Source: Candidatus Zixiibacteriota bacterium
GTDB lineage: Bacteria; Zixibacteria; MSB-5A5; WJJR01
DNA length: 34,113 nucleotides
Assembly (NCBI GenBank): GCA_020058315.1
Contig: JAGVEK010000484.1
Coordinates: 1-34,113, forward strand
Direction: 5' to 3'
Position 1 is the first letter of the stretch; the number at the start of each line of letters is the position of its first letter. Shown piece by piece: positions 17,250-25,637 of this stretch. The position numbers and the translations under genes are program-made. Under the pieces are notes generated by a model, which was given only the letters and a program-made list of their open reading frames with translations, was not told the origin of the DNA and searched no databases.

Positions 17250-17858
17250 ATGTACCCAATCCAATCGTCCAACGGCCCTATCTCCACGGGCAGCTATGTC
17301 CCGTACTTCTATCAGGGCGGCGTCTTCGAGCGCTACGGGCTGCCTGCCGTGCTTCCCGGCCGCACCGGGACGCAAGAAAAAGCGATCCCGTACCGATTCT
17401 CGTCTGATCTCTCGTTAGTAAGAACGCTGGACCACGACCAAACCGTCGAGCAGATCATCGCTCACGGTTACTTCGCGCCGCCACCGGGCGATCCGATCAC
17501 GGCCATCCTATCCGACAAGAAAACCACCTCCTGGCTCGGCCTCGACGACATCATCTCGCAGGTCCGACACCGCTACGAGGTGCACCGCCAGAACATGTAC
17601 GAACTGGAACTGGCCAAATCGGCCGCGACCAACTCGCTCTACGCCCACTGGGCCTACCACGGTCTGCCCGACGCGAAACAATTCTACTCCCGCCACAAGC
17701 GTATCCAGGAGCTCTACCAGGAGCAGCGAGATGAACGGGTGAACCTCTGGCGCGATGTATCCCGACTGCGATTGGCTCTCCCCGAGACGGCCCAGGCATA
17801 CCTCTCTTCGCACCGCAAACTCACCGCCCTCGAAGGCGAACCGGGTGATGCTCCATGA
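17250..17858 (+). CDS. Hypothetical coiled-coil protein, translationally coupled to the ATPase
   Basis: GAGGTGG RBS; ATGA overlap with 17855. Confidence 0.82.
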   Translation: MYPIQSSNGPISTGSYVPYFYQGGVFERYGLPAVLPGRTGTQEKAIPYRFSSDLSLVRTLDHDQTVEQIIAHGYFAPPPGDPITAILSDKKTTSWLGLDDIISQVRHRYEVHRQNMYELELAKSAATNSLYAHWAYHGLPDAKQFYSRHKRIQELYQEQRDERVNLWRDVSRLRLALPETAQAYLSSHRKLTALEGEPGDAP

Positions 17859-19969
17859 TGACCCGCATGCAGGAACTGTGTCGAAAGCTCAAGCCGGTTC
17901 TCGGTTCAAAAGTGGACGGATTGTGGCGGGCGTACGTCGCCGATTCCGACGCCGACGGCAAAGCGGACATCGAACAAACATTGGAACTTCTGGCCGCCAA
18001 GCACCTCGGAATCGACTATCAGCCGGATCGCTCGCCATTCCCGCCGCCGGCCAGGACGTTCGCGGCCTTGGGCGACATTACAACCGGCATGGTCTCGTAC
18101 GGGACTCGCGAGTTGTATCCCTTCGCCCTTCAAAGTGGGCGTCTCAAGGAACACGTCCTGATCGCCGGAAGGAGCGGCTCTGGAAAGACCAATCTCTCCT
18201 TTGTTCTCATGCAAGGCATCATGAACCGTGGCGTCAAGATTCTGGCTTTGGACTGGAAGCGCGCCTACCGGGACCTGCTTTCGCTGCGATCGGACTTGCG
18301 TGTCTACACCATCGGGCGGGAAGTGGCGCCATTCAGATTCAACCCCTTCATTCCTCCGCCCGGCTGCGAAGTCCAAGTTTGGACCAAGCTCATCGTGGAT
18401 GTGATTGCGTCCGCGTACCTCGGCGGCGAGGGAGTCATCAGCCTGCTCATCGCGGGACTCGATCGGCTCTATCCGGAAGCCCGCGACAAGAGACGCTGGC
18501 CGACGGTCATCGATCTTCTGACCTGGCTGCGGACCGTCAAACTCCGAGGCCGTGCGGCGATGTGGCAAGCGTCGGCCGAGAGAATTCTTCTCGCCATGAC
18601 CTACGGCGAGTTCGGTGCCGTCCTCAACACCCAGGACAACAGCCATCTGCAACACCTTCTCGATCACAATGTCATCCTGGAGATGGATGGTCTGTCGAGT
18701 TCCTCCGATCGGGTGATGTTCTCGGAGGCCATCACGCTCTACCTCTATCGCTACCGGCTGTCCCTTGGGCCGCGAGAACAGCTGACCAACGTCATTGTCC
18801 TCGAGGAAGCCCACAACCTACTCCTCGCTAAGCAGACGGGGACGAAGGAATCTGGCCTTGAGACCTCCATTCGAATGATCCGTCAGTACGGGCTCGGCTA
18901 CGTCTTCGTCGATCAATCGGCGTCCCTGTTGAGCCGGGTGGCTTTCGCCAACTCCTACGTGACCTTCGCGCTCAGTCAGAAACTCCGTGCGGACATCAAG
19001 ACCATGTCCGGGGCGATGAATTTGTCCGAAGAACAGGAGGAGGCGTTGAGCACTCTCCCGATAGGATCGGCAGTCGTGCGCCTGGCCGACGAGCATCCTG
19101 AACCATTCCTGATCCGGATCCCGCGCTGCTCGATCCGGGAAGGAAGCGTCTCCGATTCTGCGATTCGAAGTCACATGGCGGCTTATTCCGCTGAGTCCGC
19201 GGTGAATAGTCCGCCGCGCTTTGAACTACCGGCGGTTCCACCGGTTCCGGCCCCAGATAAAAACAACATTGAAATCAACCTAACGACAATTATTCCCCAC
19301 CCACCATCCCCCGAAAGATCACCCGAATGCTCGGATTCATCCGACTCGACCATCCGCGATACGATTCCCGATCCACCCCATTCTAAACTCTCTCGAGAGA
19401 CAATTCGCTTCCTTACTGATATAGCCGCCCGGCCGCTATCGACTACTGTCTCTCGTTATCAACGATTGCATCTGTCCCGTCGAAAAGGTAACGCCATCCG
19501 TCATGATCTACTCGCCGCCGGCATCATCGAAGCCGTCCCCCTCGCCACCCGCACCGGGCAGGTCATGCTCTTTCAGTTGACCGACTTCGGTCGTCAGATC
19601 TGTAACGACATCGGTGTGGATCCCGGTCCTCCGCCCCGCGCCAGCCTCGAACATCAATACTGGGCCCATCGCGTGGCCGAGATGTACGAGAAGCAGGGTT
19701 ATGAAGTCGCGCTTGAGCATGCCGTGGCCGGCAACGGAATCGTCGACGTCGTCGCCGAGCGCGCTAGTGAGCGCCTGGCCATTGAGATCGAGACAGGCAA
19801 GTCAGACATCCAAGCGAACATCGAGAAGCTGCGAGGCATGGGTTTCGATCGAGTCCTCCTCGTGGCCACCTCGCCATCCGCGATTAGCGCCTGCCAGCGG
19901 GCGCTGGATTCCGTCCCGCGGGAAGCCCGGCAGGCAGTTGAACTCTTGACATGGCTGGATGTGCCATAG
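17855..19969 (+). CDS. HerA/VirB4-like (DUF87) ATPase fused to Pro-rich linker, winged helix and PD-(D/E)xK nuclease-like domain
   Basis: HVLIAGRSGSGKTN (Walker A), LDWKRAY, IVLEEAHNL (Walker B), RQYGLGYVFVDQS. wHTH ...LLAAGIIE...FQLTDFG. EH...VDVVAE...LAIEIETGK. Confidence 0.88.
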   Translation: MMTRMQELCRKLKPVLGSKVDGLWRAYVADSDADGKADIEQTLELLAAKHLGIDYQPDRSPFPPPARTFAALGDITTGMVSYGTRELYPFALQSGRLKEHVLIAGRSGSGKTNLSFVLMQGIMNRGVKILALDWKRAYRDLLSLRSDLRVYTIGREVAPFRFNPFIPPPGCEVQVWTKLIVDVIASAYLGGEGVISLLIAGLDRLYPEARDKRRWPTVIDLLTWLRTVKLRGRAAMWQASAERILLAMTYGEFGAVLNTQDNSHLQHLLDHNVILEMDGLSSSSDRVMFSEAITLYLYRYRLSLGPREQLTNVIVLEEAHNLLLAKQTGTKESGLETSIRMIRQYGLGYVFVDQSASLLSRVAFANSYVTFALSQKLRADIKTMSGAMNLSEEQEEALSTLPIGSAVVRLADEHPEPFLIRIPRCSIREGSVSDSAIRSHMAAYSAESAVNSPPRFELPAVPPVPAPDKNNIEINLTTIIPHPPSPERSPECSDSSDSTIRDTIPDPPHSKLSRETIRFLTDIAARPLSTTVSRYQRLHLSRRKGNAIRHDLLAAGIIEAVPLATRTGQVMLFQLTDFGRQICNDIGVDPGPPPRASLEHQYWAHRVAEMYEKQGYEVALEHAVAGNGIVDVVAERASERLAIEIETGKSDIQANIEKLRGMGFDRVLLVATSPSAISACQRALDSVPREARQAVELLTWLDVP

Positions 19970-20082
19970 GCCACGAGACCTACGCGGCGCCTATTCGAAA
20001 TCAGCGCCGACATCGGCGCGGCGAGCGTTACAATGGTGCTTACTGTCGCACGGTGCGGACCGCGACTGAGCTTGGGACCATC

Positions 20083-21045
20083 ATGGAACTTCTGAGCCGC
20101 TTCCAAGGTTGTATTGTCGGGCTTGCCATCGGCGACGCGTTGGGGCGCCCTACGGAATTCCTCCACACTTTGGCGGCCATCCACGCCCGATTCGGGGCTG
20201 ACGGCGTTACGGACCTCGAACCCGACGGTCATCCGGCCGGAACCTACACCGACGACACGCAGATGACGCTTTGCGTGGCCCGGGCCCTGATCCTCGCTGG
20301 GCACGAGTCGCTTGACACGCTCATGTCGGCCATGGTCAAGGAGTTCGTCGAGTGGAGCCGATCGGCGGAGAATGATCGCGCTCCGGGCACTACATGTATG
20401 GCCGGATGCCGGAATCTGAGTAGCGGCATCGAATGGCGGGTGGCCGGGATCGTGGGCTCAAAAGGGTGCGGCAGCGCCATGCGGACGGCGCCGATCGGAC
20501 TGTTCTATCACGACAACGAACGAGAGCTGATCGAGGTGGCGCGGGCCAGTTCGTTGCCAACGCATGGTCACCCGACCGCTCTCGCGTCGGCCGCCGCCAC
20601 CGCGCTGCTCACGGCCTGGGCGCTTCATGGCGATGAGCCGGCGGAATTTCCTTCGCGGCTGGCCACGGTCATGCGGGAAATGGAGGGCGGCGAAGAAGTG
20701 GCTGTCCTTGCGGCACGTATTCCCGAGTTGCTGAGCGCTGCACCGGAGTCGGTGCTGCGAAAGGACGTGCTGGGCGAGGCCTGGGTTGGCGATGAGGCGG
20801 TCGCCTGCGCTTTGTATTGTTTCTGCCGGAGCCCGCGGGATTACCGAACGACAGTGCTTACGGGCGCCAACACGATTGGCGATTCCGATAGCATTGCGTG
20901 CATCGCAGGCGCCATCAGCGGCGCTTACAACGGACTTGATGCGATCCCGAAGAAGTGGCGGCAGCGAATCGAGAAGTCAGACGAGCTGCATCGGGTTGCC
21001 GAAGAATTGTTGCGGTCCGCCGGCGTCTCAACCCCGGGATCATGA
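20083..21045 (+). CDS. ADP-ribosylglycohydrolase (DraG/ARH family)
   Basis: GLAIGDALG, YTDDTQMT, GCGSAMRTAPIG, THGHP, GDSDSIACIAGAISGA. Confidence 0.93.
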   Translation: MELLSRFQGCIVGLAIGDALGRPTEFLHTLAAIHARFGADGVTDLEPDGHPAGTYTDDTQMTLCVARALILAGHESLDTLMSAMVKEFVEWSRSAENDRAPGTTCMAGCRNLSSGIEWRVAGIVGSKGCGSAMRTAPIGLFYHDNERELIEVARASSLPTHGHPTALASAAATALLTAWALHGDEPAEFPSRLATVMREMEGGEEVAVLAARIPELLSAAPESVLRKDVLGEAWVGDEAVACALYCFCRSPRDYRTTVLTGANTIGDSDSIACIAGAISGAYNGLDAIPKKWRQRIEKSDELHRVAEELLRSAGVSTPGS

Positions 21046-21175
21046 TCGTGCGCATCACTACTGGCCCTTCTGACGGCCTTTGCGGGACTGCTATTCCATC
21101 GCGTTGGCGTATCGTGGGCTCCGCGGGCAACAAGTCGGTTTTTCTGTGGCTCGAATTTGATCCTCGGGGACTGAC

Positions 21176-21805
21176 TTAAACATGGGTCTGTACGGCGCTC
21201 GAATCAGCGGGAACGACTTTCTTGAGGGCCTCAAAGAGAAGATGGGTCAGGAACGCGTCGTCCCCCGCTTGATGGAGTTGAGCTGTGGCCGTTTGAATGC
21301 CGAGGAACGTAAGGCAGGTAGCGAGGGAGAACTTAAGTCCGGGCGCGCGGGTCTCAAGCACGCGGTCGGCATACTTCTTGAAAGTCTCATCCGACCTTCG
21401 TTCCATCTTAAGCTTCCAGCCCTTGTAGAGCGCCGCCGTGTCAACGAAATGCCCGAACTCTGGCACGGGCGTGCCCAGGCGCCGACACTCGGCGATTAGG
21501 AACAGGATGTCGAACCGATGGATGTTGTGTCCCACGCACGAGGGAGCCGTGGAAAGTACCCCGAGCAGGCGCGTCAGGCTCTCGTGCGGCGGAATACCGC
21601 GCGCACGAATGTCGGCTGTGGTGATCCCGTGGACCATCCGCGCCTCCGGCGGGACCTCGACGTTCTGGTTCACCAGCCAGCCGGATCGTTCGGTCACGAC
21701 TCCGTCGCACACCTTGCAAAGTCCGACCTGGATGATGCGGTCCGTCCGTGGATTGAGGCCGGTGGTCTCAACATCGAAGACCAGGTAGGAGTCCGTGGGT
21801 GACAT
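21176..21805 (-). CDS. DEDDh 3'-5' exonuclease (DnaQ/PolC-like)
   Basis: ExoI FDVETTG, ExoII VGHNIHRFD, ExoIII HQAGDDA. TATGAT 7 nt before ATG 21805 suggests a leaderless start (alternative 21817). Confidence 0.9.
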   Translation of the reverse strand: MSPTDSYLVFDVETTGLNPRTDRIIQVGLCKVCDGVVTERSGWLVNQNVEVPPEARMVHGITTADIRARGIPPHESLTRLLGVLSTAPSCVGHNIHRFDILFLIAECRRLGTPVPEFGHFVDTAALYKGWKLKMERRSDETFKKYADRVLETRAPGLKFSLATCLTFLGIQTATAQLHQAGDDAFLTHLLFEALKKVVPADSSAVQTHV

Positions 21806-21876
21806 ATGCAAGATCATAGGCGAGGCTGTAGTCGGTCGACCAGGTCCATGATACTGAGTTTACGAGGTGAAATTCA

Positions 21877-22311
21877 TCAACGCGCTCTGCAATCAGGCAA
21901 GCGTGCGTACACGGGACCACTAACCAACGAGTTGCCGATCAGAACAGCAGGCGGCAATCCGAATGGCTGCGGCGTGACCCGGTATGGACTGATCATGACC
22001 GCCGGGATTGGCACCGCGGGGTACCGCAGAGTGGCACGGGTGCCGAATGGCCCGCGCGGAACGGGCCACGTCACAGGGTAGGCAAGGAGACGAGGCTGCA
22101 CTCCAACGCCTGGCGCATACAAAGGTACGGGCGGTCGGGGCCAATTCGGCGAAAGGCAAACATCAGGACCTGCGGCCGACGCAAAACTCACCCCCGGACC
22201 AGGTCCCGAAGCGCCGTACTGCCCAGCCAGGACGGTGGGCAGAAGAATGGCCATAAGGATGAGCCCACCGATCAGCTCTGGCGTTGCATGCGCTGGCGAC
22301 TTGCGGCTCAT
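21877..22311 (-). CDS. Pro-rich protein with N-terminal TM/signal segment
   Basis: LIGGLILMAILLPTVLA then Pro-rich tail. ATGA overlap with the upstream gene. Confidence 0.6.
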   Translation of the reverse strand: MSRKSPAHATPELIGGLILMAILLPTVLAGQYGASGPGPGVSFASAAGPDVCLSPNWPRPPVPLYAPGVGVQPRLLAYPVTWPVPRGPFGTRATLRYPAVPIPAVMISPYRVTPQPFGLPPAVLIGNSLVSGPVYARLPDCRAR

Positions 22312-22739
22312 GGGTGTTCGAGGTCTGGCCGGCGGTAGCCGTGAATCTGCTGGTGCCGATATTCGGCCTGGGCGCGCTGATACTCGGCATGAACGCGCCG
22401 CATCAGGGTTTCGTCCCAGCGGGTGGTACTCAAGTCCTGGTCGCGGGCTACAAGGGCCGCGATTCCGTTGAAACGATAGACGCGCTGACGCTCGGCGTAG
22501 TCGACGCCGCTGTTCGGGTCAGCGTATTCGACCACGAGGCTGTCGTAGGTCGGCAGCGTGAAGGTTGGATGCCAGATGTCATGGTAGCCCTGGTCATAGA
22601 TCAAACGCGGCTGGCGGTAGAAGAACGGAGTGTCGTATCGGTCCATCATCCGGCCAATGCGGGCCTCGACATCGGTCTGATACGGCGGTTCCAGTTTGCC
22701 AAGTTTGGGGTCCGGCGGTTCGTAGGTCTTGGAATTCAT
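22308..22739 (-). CDS. Degenerate PD-(D/E)xK nuclease-fold protein
   Basis: EARIGRMMDRY..PFFY...WHPTFTLP...LVVEY...Y...RVYRFNGI follows the 'YPDFxLP...IEYxG' pattern but has T in place of the catalytic D. GAGGTGA RBS. Confidence 0.65.
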   Translation of the reverse strand: MNSKTYEPPDPKLGKLEPPYQTDVEARIGRMMDRYDTPFFYRQPRLIYDQGYHDIWHPTFTLPTYDSLVVEYADPNSGVDYAERQRVYRFNGIAALVARDQDLSTTRWDETLMRRVHAEYQRAQAEYRHQQIHGYRRPDLEHP

Positions 22740-23809
22740 GGTTGGTTCACCTCGGGTGTTTGTTGGGTAACGTGTTGAGCGACGGCGAGGAGTTTTTTCT
22801 CGGTGCGATCGATGAGCTTGAAAAGGCGCGTGTTGTGAGCTTGGAGTTTCTCGGCGCCCTTGAGCAGGTCGGGCACTCTCCGGTACTCATGTCGCTTGAG
22901 GGCCTCCGCGGCCTCCGCGGTCACATGGTGGATGCGGCGCTCGGCCTCGGCGCAGGCGCGGTCTAGACGTTCGAGGCGTAGATCCAGCTTGAGCTCCTTG
23001 AATCGGGTACTGAGTTCTTCGCCGAGTTTCCGCTTCCCTTCCGCAGGCAGCTTCGAGAGGACGTCGCGGATCTCCTCGATCCGGGCCACCTGTCCCTCGC
23101 GCATGTGGTAGGCCCTCTCGCGAAGGGCCGCGAGGCGCTCGGTCAGATAGCCCTCCGCGGGAAGAATGCGCCGGAGCTGGAGCATGAGGTCGTTTTCCAG
23201 CTCCGGGCGGTCATCAAGGAGATCTGCCTCCCGCCGCGCCCGGCGCAACTGGTTGACGAGCGCACCGGCCAGGTGGCGGTCACGGTAGAGTCGAACGGGG
23301 TCGTTTCGCACGGACGGAACCGCGGCTGGGGTTTGTGGGCGCCAGCGGCGGTTATCTTGGCGGTGGTTGCCCAGGGCGAGAAGTCCTACCAATAGTGCGA
23401 CCGTTGTGATCGTTTGGAGCACCTGCTCGTTGATTGGCCATGGGATGCCGAGGATCCAGCCTATCAGGATGCTCACGCCGAAGGTGAACGACAGACCCGC
23501 AATGGTCCCGCCGATGGCGCGGATCGCCCGGTACATGACGGCGGCAAGAAGTAGAAGGGCGAAGGCCACGGCGATGGGACCGAGGCTTCTGATGGAATAG
23601 CCGTTCTCTGCCTCCCACCACACGAGGCCTGTTGAAAGCGCCACGCCGATCGCCAGAGAGGCTACGGCGGCGGAGCGCTTGTTGAACTTGTCGCTCAACG
23701 CAGCGAAACAGAGGGCGGTGAAGAAGGCCACGGCCAGTACGAAGTCAGGGAAGAATTCATGAAGAAGCGTCCCTCTCGCCAACTCTGCCGCCTCGTCCGC
23801 GCGCGCCAT
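22736..23809 (-). CDS. Multi-pass membrane protein (about 5 TM) with long cytoplasmic coiled coil
   Basis: Hydrophobic N-half, R/E/L-rich heptad C-half. Likely start MARADEAA at 23809 with no SD. Confidence 0.85.
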   Translation of the reverse strand: MARADEAAELARGTLLHEFFPDFVLAVAFFTALCFAALSDKFNKRSAAVASLAIGVALSTGLVWWEAENGYSIRSLGPIAVAFALLLLAAVMYRAIRAIGGTIAGLSFTFGVSILIGWILGIPWPINEQVLQTITTVALLVGLLALGNHRQDNRRWRPQTPAAVPSVRNDPVRLYRDRHLAGALVNQLRRARREADLLDDRPELENDLMLQLRRILPAEGYLTERLAALRERAYHMREGQVARIEEIRDVLSKLPAEGKRKLGEELSTRFKELKLDLRLERLDRACAEAERRIHHVTAEAAEALKRHEYRRVPDLLKGAEKLQAHNTRLFKLIDRTEKKLLAVAQHVTQQTPEVNQP

Positions 23810-23831
23810 GAAGGGAAGTGGGGCTTGGTTG

Positions 23832-23847
23832 TATTTATATCTTACTG
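23832..23847 (-). promoter_or_regulatory. BRE/TATA-like box for the membrane-protein operon (leaderless geometry)
   Basis: CAGTAAGA-TATAAATA then 22 C-rich, SD-free nt then ATG 23809. Confidence 0.6.
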
Positions 23848-23932
23848 TTCTTTGGATCTCGCAGCAGAGCGCGACCGCCATTCCCAGGACTGGACCATCT
23901 TCTCGTTCGTGGTGTCACCCCTCCCAAGGGGT

Positions 23933-23948
23933 GCGATAGCTTTATGTA
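23933..23948 (+). promoter_or_regulatory. BRE/TATA-like box for cdc6
   Basis: GCGATAGC-TTTATGTA; 23 nt later GAGTTGAT (SD-like) begins at 23972. Confidence 0.55.
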
Positions 23949-23977
23949 TTAGTGCGCTTTATACGCCACCAGAGTTG

Positions 23978-25078
23978 ATGAGCACCGTGGATTTCGAATC
24001 CTATTTCAAACACCAGCGCGAACGGATCGAGGAAGAGGCCAAACTAATCAAGGACTTCTCGGTCTTCAGCTTCCACTACGTTCCTGATGAACCGGTGCTT
24101 CGGCCCGAGGCCACCCTGCTGATCGATGAGCTCGCCAACTTCAACCTGTCCGGCATACCCACGCACCTGGCAATCGTTGGTAGCCGAGGCTCGGGTAAGA
24201 CCCTCACGGTCAAGTACCTGGAGCGCGTCGTGCAGCGGGAGTCGGACCTGGAGATCCTCTACGCCAACTGCCGCCATCACGACACGAGCTTCAAGATCTT
24301 CGCCCATCTTCTGGGCATCCACGCCCGTGGGGCTAGTATGAGCGAGGTGTTCGAGCGCTTTTGCGCCCGTTGCCGCAGAAAGACGGTGGTGGTCCTGGAC
24401 GAAGTCGACCTCATGAGTCCCAAGGACCGACGCCGTGAGATTCTGTACCTTCTCAGCCGGGCAGCACAGCCCTTCATGGTCATGATGCTCTCCAACAGCC
24501 CGCAGGTGCTCAAGGAGCTGGATGCCGCCACGCGGAGCAGCCTCCAGCCCGTTCCGGTCCACTTCAAGAACTACAATGCGGATCAGATCCGCGACATTCT
24601 CCGCGACCGCGCGCAGCGCGGGCTGCATCGTTGGGAAGAAGCCGACCTCTCGGAGATTGCCGCCTTGACTACGAAGTTCAGCAATGCCGACGCCCGCTTG
24701 GCGATCAAGACCCTGCAGTACCATGTGACCGGCCGGGCCAAGGACCTTCGCGCCTGCTTCGAACGCGCGCGGCGGGACCTCGTCGTGGACCTGGTCTGCG
24801 ACCTCTCGGACAGCACCCTGGCCATCCTCTGGGCTGCCGCCACCAACGACTCGGACTTTGCCCGAAGCATCTACGAGCGGTATTGTGCCCACTGCCGGCA
24901 GCGCCATGAAAAGCCGTTCAGCTACGTCCACTTTCATTCGAACCTGAGCTACCTGCAGAGCGCCGGCCTAGTTGCGTTGGTCTCGACCAAGCAAGGACGC
25001 ACCTACGCCAACCGGGTACTGTTGACCTTCGACCGGAACATGGCCCGTGAAATCGCCGGGCTGCGCTTCGAAGCCTGA
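23978..25078 (+). CDS. cdc6: Orc1/Cdc6-family replication initiator (AAA+ ATPase + C-terminal winged helix)
   Basis: FSFHYVPDEPVLR, IVGSRGSGKT (Walker A), YANCR, VVVLDEVD (Walker B), LYLLSR, LDAATRSSL, FKNYNADQIRDILRDRA, DARLAI (sensor II), wHTH YERYC..C...PFSYVHFHSNLSYLQSAGLV...GR. Start is ATG 23978 or GTG 23987. Confidence 0.88.
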   Translation: MSTVDFESYFKHQRERIEEEAKLIKDFSVFSFHYVPDEPVLRPEATLLIDELANFNLSGIPTHLAIVGSRGSGKTLTVKYLERVVQRESDLEILYANCRHHDTSFKIFAHLLGIHARGASMSEVFERFCARCRRKTVVVLDEVDLMSPKDRRREILYLLSRAAQPFMVMMLSNSPQVLKELDAATRSSLQPVPVHFKNYNADQIRDILRDRAQRGLHRWEEADLSEIAALTTKFSNADARLAIKTLQYHVTGRAKDLRACFERARRDLVVDLVCDLSDSTLAILWAAATNDSDFARSIYERYCAHCRQRHEKPFSYVHFHSNLSYLQSAGLVALVSTKQGRTYANRVLLTFDRNMAREIAGLRFEA

Positions 25079-25158
25079 CACCGGGCACGGATGGCTCGAC
25101 TTTTCCAGGCTGATTCTCGCCTTGTCTTGCGGAGCAGTGCCCTAATCTGGAAATGCTA

Positions 25159-25448
25159 ACACTGTGCGGAGTGAATACGCGGCCGTCTCCCGATGTGGTG
25201 GCATGCTCGTTCTTCCAATCGCGGATTGGGTGATCTTCCCGCATCATCACCGCGCGCAGTTAACACGTGGCAGCCATTTGTTCTTGGCGGGTGTCCATCA
25301 CTCCGGTGCCCGCCTGCTCCCATCCTGATTCTCGAACACGCTGTGCGTGTTAATGCGTGGCCGCATCCCAGGGCCGTGGTACATTCCTTCCTCAGATCCC
25401 TGGCTTCGCCATCAACCCGGCCTGTCACACTGTGCGCAGTTAACACGT
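25159..25448 (+). repeat. Four ~22-bp direct repeats at 88/90/90-bp spacing (iteron/ORB-like)
   Basis: ACACTGTGCGGAGTGAATACGC (25159), TCACCGCGCGCAGTTAACACGT (25247), ACGCTGTGCG-TGTTAATGCGT (25338), ACACTGTGCGCAGTTAACACGT (25427). Confidence 0.85.
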
Positions 25449-25530
25449 GGGCACCTACCCATGTGTGTGGTGTCCTGCGTCCTTCCCGTCTTTTCTTCCT
25501 GATTCTTCACTCCGTCCGAAGACTGCTTCC

Positions 25531-25573
25531 GACATACCTATATATGACATACCTATATATATTGCTACAATAT
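25531..25573. other. AT-rich tract with a 15-bp tandem duplication (DUE candidate)
   Basis: GACATACCTATATAT x2 (25531-25560) then ATTGCTACAATAT; among the most AT-rich stretches in a GC-rich window. Confidence 0.7.
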
Positions 25574-25615
25574 GGAAAGGAATAGGAAGGAAGGACCCCG
25601 CGGCCGGGGGCGTTG

Positions 25616-25637
25616 GCGTGTTAACTCCGCACAGTTT
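25616..25637 (-). repeat. Inverted fifth copy of the 22-bp repeat
   Basis: Reverse complement reads AAACTGTGCGGAGTTAACACGC. Confidence 0.85.

Noticed and set aside
17906-18831. Long alternative-frame ORFs within the ATPase (also 24044-24937, 9901-10515, 15530-16408)
   Set aside because: Expected stop-poor shadows of high-GC3 genes with no recognisable motifs.
17855-23809. Canonical type IV secretion or prophage module
   Set aside because: Only one ATPase and one polytopic membrane protein; no recognisable VirB8/9/10, MOB relaxase, terminase or capsid genes.
23759-23977. 73-aa N-terminal extension of Cdc6 and 24-aa extension of the divergent membrane gene
   Set aside because: Both run through the AT-rich divergent promoter region and lack family-like sequence.
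25159-25448. CRISPR array interpretation of the periodic repeats
   Set aside because: Repeats are short and degenerate, spacers are ~66-69 bp, a fifth copy is inverted across an AT tract, and no cas genes are present; an origin fits better.
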